Positions 39,601-51,600 of a DNA stretch of 64,000 nucleotides are shown here, one piece after another. Under the pieces are notes generated by a model. The model made no database searches. It saw only the letters and a program-made list of their open reading frames with translations, and was not told where the DNA came from. Position numbers and translations under genes: made by a program. Source of the stretch: Bispira polyomma (taxonomy: Eukaryota); assembly GCA_965649765.1 (NCBI GenBank), contig OZ287757.1, positions 24,180,001 to 24,244,000 on the forward strand. The letters run 5' to 3'. Positions within the stretch are counted from its first letter, which is position 1, and each line of letters starts with the position of its first letter.

Positions 39601-42600
39601 CAATCACTAGTAGCCTTTATTTTTTGGAACAACACTTTGAGACAGAGGGTTTGATGAACAATGGCCTTAAAACAAGATCATTTTGACAATAAGACTATAC
39701 CTAGCTTAGTGTTGGATGGATAATTAAGAATAAATTAGTTTGGACTTGACATCGTTTTTCACACATTTTGAGTCATATCATGATGGGCAGTTCACACTGG
39801 TGAATGAAATCAAAAGAAGGGGTAGTTGGTCATGAGTTTCTGCTCTGCAACCACCGGCCTTCAGTAAGTCTACTGCCAACTTTCCAACATGATGAATATG
39901 CAAGATTAAATTATACCTTAAGAGGAAATTCATTGAATGATTTAGTTATTTTAGCTCATGATATTTAATTAGGATTAGTTTTTCGGTGTAATAATCATGA
40001 TATTAACACAATTTTCAGATGACAATTTATGTCTTTTACTTCTGTAAACGGGCATAGTGGTGGAGAGATAGGTAACAGCTCAACAGCTCAGGTCATATAA
40101 TGGCCAGTTGTTTTTTTTGTAAGAGAAACCAGTGCTCAAGCACTGCAAGTCATGGACCTACACCAAGTAACTTTCCCACATTAAGGAATAAATAGGATTC
40201 GACACACATTGGTGATTGTGAAGCAGGGGCTTCTAACCACTAGGCTACTGCAGCTTTTTAGTATTTAATTTTGTTTTTAACAACCACAGGTTATTTATAA
40301 AATCCCAACATCCATGTCAAATAATAAGATTATTCAGTACAATGTGGGGCTATGTATATCGTACCTGCTATAAACATGTCCTCAAATGCCCTCTCCATGC
40401 CTTTCTGCTGTTCATCTAGTTCCTGTAGTCTGTTAGAAGGAGGTATAAAGATCTGCTTCTGTAAACACAAACATGCCACTTGGAAGTACTAAATATCTAT
40501 TATATATATGTTACAGTCAACTTGTAAAACCAGTCATTTCGTGTAATGACTGAAATTATGGTCCAGTCATTATGCATCATTTTCGAATGCAATTTTTTTG
40601 TTTAATTTAGCATTTTTTATCCTTATTTTTCATACTTCATCTTCTTTATGTGTAATAAAAAATGGCACAAAATGTTAACTGTTTACTGTTAAATGTAACA
40701 TAAAACATATTTATTTGATAAAATATGCATAAACACCCATTTAGTACTGCCTATTAGGACTAGATATTCATAATATAAATTTCCTATGACTAAAGATAAC
40801 TGTGGTTAATTCCATTAATACACATATACAGTATTCAGTAGACCATAAGTGTACATAAAATATCTAAAACATGTCTTGCAGAACATTTAGGATCATCAAC
40901 ACTTAGTATACTGATATTATCAATCATGTTTAATAGTCATAATCCTGTATGTGTGCTAACTTTATTACTGATCTGACTCCTGCTTATTTTCTGACTATTT
41001 TCTATACATATTTCCATAGACACTGGCTCATCGTAGGTTAAATCTCCAACACAAGAAGGTCTATACACATAAGCTGATACCTACAGACAAGTAGATCACC
41101 TTTATACTTAACATCTATATAGTATACACAGTTGACCATTCTGACATCTATAAACAACTTCACAGTCAGACATGAGAAAAATTTAGACAAGTTGACCACT
41201 TTTATGGTCATACATAAGACACATTTAGACAAGTTGACTACTGTTATGGTCATACATAAGACACATTTAGACAAGTTGACCACTGTTATGGTCATACATA
41301 AGACACATTTAGACAAGTTGACCACTGTTATGGTCATACATAACACACATTTAGACAAGTTGACCACTGTTATGGTCATACATAAGACACATTTAGACAA
41401 GTTGACCACTGTTATGGTCATACATAAAATACATTCAGACAAGTTGACCACTGTTATGGTCATACACAAAACACATTTAGACAAGTTGACCACTGTTATG
41501 GTCATACATAAGATACTTACTGGTAAGTTAGCCACAACCTTCTGTCTGCGTACTCTGTCTGACTTTTGGAGGTCACTCAGTTCATGTAAGATGTGGCCAT
41601 AGTCCTGAAAATAAGTAAATACAGTTACAAAGTGTAACATTATTTTAAAAATTAAAATTTCAACAAATTCACTTTTTATTTACATTGTTTTTCTTAGAAC
41701 CAGTTAATATTCAGTTGTCAGTTAGTTTGATAAACCAACAACTGGTTAATAAAAGGTCAGCTCTTGATCACCAGCAGATCAAGACATCCATTATGACTGA
41801 CTGCCCTGACAAGTCTACTTTAGCTAACTAACTATACACACTCAACAGATTACGATGTTCCTGATCTAACCGCCATGACATCCCTATTCCCCCTAACCCA
41901 CTGTACACACTCACCAGATTGAAACGTCCCTTATCTACCCGCCATGACATTCCTATTCCCCCTAACCAACTGTACACACACTCAACAGATTAAGATGTTC
42001 CTGATCTAACCGCCATGACATCCCTATTCCCCCTAACCCACTGTACACACTCACCAGATTGAAACGTCCCTTATCTACCCGCCATGACATCCCTATTCCC
42101 CCTAACCAACTGTGTACACTTACTAGATTGAAACGTCCCTTATCTACCCGCCATGACATTCCTACTCTCCCTAACCCACTGTACACACACTCACCAGATT
42201 GAGACGCCTCATATCTACCCGCTATGACATCCCTACTCTCCCTAACCCACTGTACACACACTCACCAAATTGAGACGTTCCATATCTACCCGCTATGACA
42301 TCCCACTCTCCCTAACCCACTGTACACACTCACCAGATTAAGATGTTCTTTCTCTATCTGACCCCCCCCTTCACCCACACCACCCACAAACCCACTGTGT
42401 AGACTCACGAGATCAAGACGCTCCTTCTCTAGTGCCACCTTATGTCGGACTCTGGCTTTCTCCCGCCTTTCAATCTCCACACGTTTCTTCTCGGCCTCCA
42501 CATCATCGTAACGCTCACTCTCAAGCTCTGCTGTCGCCTTGGCACTGTCCTAGTAACCAATAGCAATGTAAGACATGTTTATTTCATCATAAAAACTAAG

Positions 42601-45600
42601 TTGATCTTCATAGATGGGAAAATGACATGATTACATTTCTTGCATACAAAAAGTACCAGTAAATAATTTTGGTTGTGATCAGCGAGCTTGGTATAATCAT
42701 GGTACAGAACATGAAATGTGTTTTTCCACTTTTGCCTTGTCAGAAACACAGTTTGGAAATTGGAATTTACATTTTACGGTGGTGTCAACAGCTGGCCTGG
42801 GGTCATAATACAACAGCAAAATATAATGGTGGAAGAAACCAGTACCAAAGCACTGTAAACCATCAAAATATGGCAAGTACATGACAAACCTTCCCACATG
42901 AAGTATTCAAACCCACATATTGGTGACAGCCCAGTGATAGTGAAGCAGGCATTTCTTACCACTAGACCCCTGGGAACGCCAAGGATCTGGGTTTGATCCA
43001 AGCCAGATTTTTAGTAACTCAGATAATTACAAAAAAGTACCAGGCTGGTGAATCTTAGAGATGTCATTCTGGAGCTCTATCTAGTGCACATTGAGTTGTC
43101 TGTGACGTACCTGGTCAAGTTGCTGTTCTTTGACCACACCATACTCAGCAGGTATATGGTAGTGTGTGGTTTAGTTATATGATATACCTGGTATATGGTA
43201 GTGTGTGGTTAAGTTATATGGTGTACCTGGTATATGGTAGTGTGTGGTTTAGTTATATGACGTACCTGGTATATGGTAATGTGTGGTTTAGTTATATGGT
43301 GTACCTGGTATATGGTAGTGTGTGGTTTAGTTATATGATGTACATGGTATATGGTAGTGTGTGGTTTAGTTATATGACATACCTGGTATATGGTAGTGTG
43401 TGGCTTAGTTACATGATGTACCTGGTATATGGTAGTGTGTGGTTTAGTTATATGATGTACATGGTATATGGTAGTTTAGTTATATGACGTACATGGTATA
43501 TGGTAGTGTGTGGTTTGGTTATATGACGTACCTGGTATATGGTAGTGTGTGGTTAAGTTTTTTGACGTACCTGGTATATGGTAGTGTGTGGTTTAGTTAT
43601 ATGACATACATGGTATATAGTAGTTTAGTTATATGACGTACATGGTATATGGTAGTGTGTGGTTTAGTTATTTGACGTACATGGTATATGGTAGTGTGTG
43701 GTTAAGTTATATGACGTACATGGTATATAGTAGTTTAGTTATATGACGTCCATGGTATATGGTAGTGTGTGGTTTAGTTATTTGACGTACATGGTATATG
43801 GTAGTGTGTGGTTAAGTTATATGACGTACATGGTATATAGTAGTTTAGTTATATGACATACATGGTATATGGTAGTGTGTGGTTTAGTTATATGACGTAC
43901 ATGGTATATGGTAGTGTGTGGTTTAGTTATTTGACGTACATGGTATATGGTAGTGTGTGGTTTAGTTATATGACGTACCTGGTATATGGTAGTGGGTGGT
44001 TTAGTTATAGGACGTACCTGGTTGAGTTGTTGTTCTTTCACCACCCCATACTCAGCAGGTATATGGTAGTGTGTGGTGGAGAAGGCGTCGTGATCTGTGA
44101 ACTTGACTGGCTTCACTAAACACAAAATACAATGAAACACTAGTAACCATGGGGCGTATTGAGTTAACACATATTAATTAAGAGTGAACCATTTTAAGTC
44201 CATTCTTGCTTGTAAACAATTAAGCGCTTTGCACCTCCTGTTTCGTTGGGGCAGAGTTTTGTTTTGTTTTGAAGAAATGTTTTAGTTCCTTGGCATGTCC
44301 GATATTGGCTAATATGGAACTAATTTTGCCTTTGATATCAATCTGTTGACACGCACAACCTACTTACTTAAAACGACAAAGAGCCGTCATTAGCGGACTA
44401 ATTAGCAATAAAAGCGACTTACTTTGAGCAATCTGTAGTTCATCCACTGGATCTTTTTCAGGAGGAGGTTTTGAGGCAATATAAGAAGCCCTGTCTTTCT
44501 CTTTCTCAAGGGCATCTTGTCTGAAAAATATTGTTTCATCAACTTGACATAAAATACTAGCATAGCACTCAGTATAGATCATACATCCACCAACGACCCA
44601 AAAAATCCTGCTCTTTCTACCCAAATCTGCTTTAATACTCAATAGATTCTTTCTTGGCCCATTCCCTACCCCCACCTCAGCAATAACCCAATAAATTAAC
44701 TTAGTTACGCTTTGGTAAATCAGCCTTACCCACCCTAGCTACTTAGTTTCACTTTGGTAAATCGGCCTTACCCAGCCTAGTTGACTTAGGTAAAACACTT
44801 TCGTAAATAAGTATTATTTTTTTCCTTATCCACACTTATTTAACATTAACAAATTATTATTTCATTGACTTCCTTCCTCGCCCCAATGTGCTTGGTTTCA
44901 CTCGCTGTAACAATTCATTCTTCCTCCCCTATCAAGACTTAACTCACTGTAACAAATCATTTTTCAGTTCCTTCACTAATCCACATTCCTCACTGTGACA
45001 AATCATTTTTCCATAATCTTCTGAAACATAACCTGGCTCTGATGTGCATAGTTTATGCCACCTCTTTCTGTAACAAACCATTCTTCAATTCCCTCAGTTA
45101 TCCACATTTGCCTAATTGGGCACTTTAGTGGAAAACTATACACTAAAGTAATTTTCCACAGAATTCCTATTTTAGGGCTACCCTCACTGTAACAAATCAT
45201 TTTTCCTTCCCAAACATACTTTCCTTGCTGTGCCTGGTTTCTTCCATCGGTCCCTGTAACAAATCATTCGCCAGTTTACCTATATCCTTGGCTCCCTGTA
45301 ACAAATCATTTTCCATAACTACCCAACACATACCTAGCCCTAATTTGCCTGGTTTCTGCCATCTCTCTCTGTAACAAATCATTTTTCAGTTTCTCCAGTG
45401 CTTTCTGTCCTCTCTCTAACATCACTCTAGCATCCTCCTGTTTTACTAACAGCCTATCCTCTAGCCGACCATCCACGTCCTGTAACAAAATGTACAAACA
45501 AATCATTTTTACACTTGTTGTGATCCATATTCACGAAAGGACTTAGCCAGGTCTTAGGCTTAAATCAGTATAATTTTGTGCTTGATTTAAGCCTAAGGCA

Positions 45601-48600
45601 TGGCTAAGTCCTTTCGTGAATATGGGGCCAGTAAAATATAACACAAGATATATATATATCTTTTCTTGTTGCCACTGGGAACAAGACACAAATCTTAAGC
45701 TTAAGATTAAGTTAAAACTGTGACCTTTTGTGAATAAAATAAAATAACCACAAATGGGGTTAAAAATAAAAATAACCCCTGATATGTTATAACACCCTGA
45801 AACAGCAGTATAAAGTAGTCTGATTATTTGCATACTTTAGAATTACTTCCTGTGACATATTTTACTGCATTACCTCATGGTTGCGGTCAAATGAGTTCAA
45901 TACGATCATAATCTAAATCCTTTCTCTAAAAGGAATTGAAGTCCCTTTGAATGATCAAATGCAGTAAACCGTTATACTTTACCTTTTATGTATGTTTATC
46001 ATGTTCTTAAAGTCTTTGAAACTAATCCAGCGTAAAAGTTTATGAAATATAATGGATTAATCATTTGCTTAGTGTTAAAATTACATTGTACACTAAGACT
46101 AGCATAAGGTAGTCTGGTGTATTTTAAACATAAGGACCACGTAAAGACTAAGACATTTTGCAAATATAGCCCCTAAAAACCTGACATTTGCAATATTGCA
46201 ACCCAACTTACCTGCTGTTTGTTATACTATGATTTTTACACTTCTAAGTAAGTCAAGTTTAAATGGAGTTGGACACACAGATCTGTGGATTGGTCATAAA
46301 ATTACACAGGCTCCAAACATTATTTCGGTTGAGAAACGGCTTTTTAAGTTTTACAAAAATATGGACATGCCAAAAAATGATGGACTGCTTTAGAAACGTA
46401 CATTACTCGACATTCTGTGACATATTTAATATTTTTCTTTAACACTGTTTTTTTTTATGGAGGTCACTGTTTCGTAAAGCTCAATCTACAAACCAGTACA
46501 CTACAATTTGACTATAATTTGAATTTAGTTGGGTTTTGCAGTTTTATGTTACTTTTAACAATTTAGGTCAGATCACAACAGCCAGATTTAATGGTGGAGG
46601 AGACTACTGGACTACAGCAAGAACCCTGACAAGCTTTTCCATATGAAGGAATAGAGACTACAAAGTAAATCAGTTGACCAGGGGCTGTAGTCACAAACAT
46701 TCTTAGAATGCAATTCTTGGAATGTGCTTAGTCTCAACCAATCAGATTCATTAAAAAAAATTTTTAGCCAATCAAATTGCTTGAGGCAAAAATTTAAGAG
46801 TAAGAATCTTTGTGAATATCCGTCATGGTCTGAAAATCCATCAACATGTCAATACAAATTAAAAGGTAAAACTAGTGGGGGTCAACATCAATGGTCAATA
46901 CAACTTAACAGGTAAAATTAGTGGGGGAGTCAACATGCAATGGTCAATACAACTTAACAGGTAAAATTAGTTGGGGGGTCAACATGCAATGGTCAATACA
47001 AATTAAGGGGTTAAACTAGTGGGGGGGTCAACATGCAATGGTCAATACAACTTAACAGGTTAAACTAGTGGGGGGTCAACATGCAATGGTCAATACAACT
47101 TAACAGGTAAAATTAGTTGGGGGGTCAACATGCAATGGTCAATACAACTTAAGGGATAAAACTAGTGGGGGGGGGGGGGGGGGGTCAACATGCAATGGTC
47201 AATACAACTTAAAAGGTAAAACTAGTGGGGGAGTCAACATGCAATGGTCAATACAACTTAACAGGTAAAACTAGTGGGGGGTCAACATGCAATTGGTCAA
47301 TACAACTTAAGGGGTAAAACTAGTGGGAGGGTCAACATGCAATGGTCAATACAGTGGATTTGGTCAAACTCGAATGGCCAAAACTCGAAAGTAGCCGAAA
47401 TTCGAACGAATTTCCGATCCCCAACAATTTATAGTTTAATCTTAAGGAAATCCTCGAACATTCGAGCTACCCTTAAAGTCATTATTCGAAGCAAATTTCT
47501 GACTTTAAGGTTAAGTTTAGTATGGGGAAAAAAGGGATTACTCGAATCAAATAACGGACCGATCAAATAAACAACTTACCAAATAAATCAAAGCATATAA
47601 TCCGCCATTGAAGCTACACAAATGAAAAGCCATCTATCCTTTTAAAAACCATATCAAAGCAATGTTAGGGGATTATGTAAGCCGCCATTGTCACTGAAGT
47701 TAAACAACTGAAATGCTAACTTTCCTTACAAAATGTGATCAAATGGGTACCGCCATTGTTACCAGTGCTTTGTTGTTAGTGGTTGGCGCTAAACCTCCAA
47801 CATCAATTAAGGTTGATTGCAATTTCTAATTTCCCCCCTAAAAATTTGAATTTTTCAATTGGGATTAACTCTTGGTCTGATGAGTATAAATAGGGGTAAC
47901 AACTTACAGTTATTATTCAGTCCTGAGATATTATTCAATATGGCAACTAAGCGAAAAATGATTTGTATAATTATAGTAGTTTGAGTTCGTCTGAGTGTAT
48001 AGGTTGTTTGATTTTCGTTTTAGTATGGACCTTTTGTCGCAAAATATTAGTTTTGTAACAAGGATATAAAAAAGACATTAATACAGAGTTTTAGCATTTT
48101 TATTGTAAGTAAACATATATTCAACATGTATAAATAAAATAATTTGTTGTTTATGTTTAATTATATGTGTTAAAACGTGTTCAATTTTGGTGGAAATGAT
48201 AAATATGGTATTATCGCCCACTATTACTGATAGACTTCCATCACTCGACGATTCACAAAAGAGTTTATCACAACTCGAACCGGTCATTATTCGAACAAAT
48301 TTCACTGCTTTTACAATATTCGAGTTTGACCAAATCCACTGTACAACTTAAAAGGTAAAACTAGTGGGGGGGGGGGGGGGGGTCAACATGCAATGGTCAA
48401 TACAACTTAACAGGTAAAACTAGTGGGGGGGAAGTGTTTATTAACGAGGGGGTATTTACAGTAAATCTGTTTTCAGTAGCCCACCCTACCTCCTCCACTG
48501 CTGCTACATGAGCCTCCCCTACATGTTTGAGGTTTTTCTCATACAATTCCTCCAACTGTTGTAGCTTGGCTTCCTTGTCCACTTCCCAGTTCTCCTGTTG

Positions 48601-51600
48601 GGGAAAATAAGAGAGGAGATTGTACAATGTATACATATACTTACTACATGTATACTGTAATTAGTACATGTACTGGTGAAATACAGGGAAATATACAACT
48701 CTATGACAGGGAACATATTGTTACTTACATATAATAAACACAAGTCAGTGTTCTCTTAGAGCAGATACAAAGATATTATTTACTACAGGCAATCCCAACA
48801 TACACACTGTATATGTCACCGTAAGAGTGTTGTTTTGATGTAGGTGATATTTGGGGGATTTTCAGTGATGTTTGACAGCAGTATTTTGAATCAAGTGTTT
48901 CCATGAAGGCAATACTAATAGGTGACTGGCCACATTAGGCAATTTTTCCTCTTGTTTGGTACTGCATACATTTCCTGTTATTATTCAATTTAACTTGATA
49001 ATGCAAAACTCGAATAAAAATCTGGCAACTTTTTTGATAAAGGCATGGGAATGTAGAAAAAGTCTTCTGTCTAAATAATAAAATTGTATTTTGTGCAGAA
49101 TTATGTTTTCAAACATATTGAATTATTGTGCTAAAACTGTAATAATAGTAAAATAGCATAAAATTAATGTAATATATTTGAAATATTAGTAATAGTATTT
49201 GTGCCAAATTATGTATTTACACACATTGAATTATTGTGCTTGAACTGCTAAAACTGTATTCATGGTAAAATAGTATTGAATCAATGTCATGTTCGTCTTT
49301 ATAATATCTTGAAATAATTTACATGCTAAACCTGTTTTTTGTGTATTCATTAAATTGTCACTAATGAGCCCATAGGGGCTGGGAACTACTATTCTGTTTA
49401 TGTTATTGTTATTAAACATTGATATGTTCTAGTGACAGAAATAAACGAATAAACTAAAAACTATTACTCGAAACCGCGAAAACGTTGCACTTTTTGCTTG
49501 TTTATAATAATCTGGCATGAAAATGGCACCACATTGTCTATATGGAACGTTAAATTCAGCTGATTGCCTATCACGTGTTAGCCATTTTCTAACAATAGCA
49601 TTTTAGATAGAACTCTTAGTCTGATTTAAAGGGTGTAACTAAATATTAAAGCTATTACTAAACTGCTACAAATGCGTCACTAATGTACAAAGCTATCAAT
49701 TTTAGTCACCTCCCATATCTTGCTTCATTGTGGTCTTTCAGGGTGCTTACTAAAGGAAACAGAATCTCAGTCTCTAATAAATGTACTAGAACAAGTAAAC
49801 AGATTGAAACTTATGCTTTCTCTGTTGCAGAACCTATACTATAGAATAATTTACAAGCCAATATCAAATCCAAGTGTACCCTCTCTGGTTTAAAAAGCAA
49901 CCTTAAAACTCACCCCTTTAATCTTCCCTAGTAATTTTTCTTATCCATGTCACCTCCACAATCATGAACATGCTCTGTGAAAGGACTTTGATTTTCACCA
50001 CTTTGTAAATGATATTGAACTTCAGAAGATGCCTGGTATACTTGAGGCACGTTAAAAATCCATAATAGCATATCATCATATCATAAAGTGTATATATTCA
50101 CACTATTTATGTATATTGTGTGTAGAATCACTCACCTTAATTTCCTCTGCCAAAATCTGAATTTGTTTTTGTTTTTCTGCCTTCACATCCTTTAAAATAT
50201 TCTTGGAGATTTCCTTGGATTGTTGTCTGACCTATAAAATATGAATACAAATTGTGACTGAAGTAAAAGTCTACAATTTGTAGAAATTTCCAATGAGAAA
50301 AACCAACGTATTCTTGTAAAATACAGTCACACCTGAATATTTGACCATTCTCAAAAGATAACTTACAAATTGTAACAAATGTCAGACATGCCCACAAGTT
50401 TTATATTAAAATACATGTGTAGACCTTTTAGAACAACCACTCTCAAGTTCCGACCATGTATGTCTTCCCATGAAGTTCATTTACCTTGTAAACTAAAGAA
50501 AGTAATATTCTATGTGGATACTGCACAGTACATGTGTCATACACTAGAACCCATTTATGTTGAACCTGAAGTAGGGCTGCATCGGGTACAGTCGGTATCG
50601 TCAGTACGGGACCATTTTATGTGCCAACCGAGTACAAAAGTCAATGTCGGTATTTCGAAACTGCAGACTTTTTACTGTAAACGAACAGGTAACCATGTGT
50701 ACTGAATCATAATCATAAAAATAGGTTTGATGTTTACAAATTATTGAAATTTGAGGTTTTTTAATGTTTAGTCATTTTTAGGTAAACCGGTTTCGTGTAC
50801 TTCCGATTCTGGAGGGTATATTCGATTGAAAGTAAATGGGTTTATTTTGTTTGGGGTATCCTGGAATTGGAACGGTTTTTGATAAGCAACATCACGGACG
50901 CTTATTTTTGCTACCGACACACCCCTTACCTTAAGAGACCAGGAGGAATAGTTCTGCTTAACCAGGATTTCCACTTAACAGAGTAGATTTTAAAAGAGAA
51001 GACTGGCATGGGACTACAAATTTCTTATCCACATGAAAAAGAATTTGACTTAACAGAGTTCTAGTTAAAGGGGTTTAACTGTAGATAATTGATTTCCTAA
51101 TCCAGTGGCTATTAGCAGATATTTACTCTGACAATTGGAGGGGCCGTGGTGGCCTAGTAGTTAGCAAGCATTGCGCTTCACAATCACTGGTCTCTCACCT
51201 CTGGGCGGCGTAAGTTTGACTCCCATCGATGCCGATGTGGGAAAGGTGGTAGTTCCTTACTGTGGGCCGCTGGTTTCAGTGCAGAACCTTGATCAACTGT
51301 ATGCAGTGTTTTCTCCAGCGTTGCCAATTATCCGTCCCAATATAATCTAAACAGGTACTAGAGTGGACGTTAAATATCCCAATTCAATTCAACTCTGACA
51401 GTTAGAGCAGTGAGTGTATTGGGCATGAGTGACGGTTGGTCATGAAAAAAAATTGCTGTTATTTGTAGCGCATATACTGTTATTTTGCTTCTCAGAGAGA
51501 CGAAAAATTGTTGTGATCCCCAGGTTTCTATACATATATTACATGGAACCTGTAGTTGTTCAAATTAGGGGCGTGTCGGGCCAAAAAAATGCAGCCTGAG

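Noticed and set aside
41132-44119. Plus-strand repetitive ORFs (41132-41602, 43164-43487, 43853-44119), and 6839-7390
   Set aside because: By-products of stop-free minisatellite units antisense to the real gene.
26845-47885. Other CTGATGAG matches (~26848 minus, ~39371 plus, ~47875 plus) as hammerheads
   Set aside because: No paired stem II followed by GAAA, and no stem I/III complementarity.
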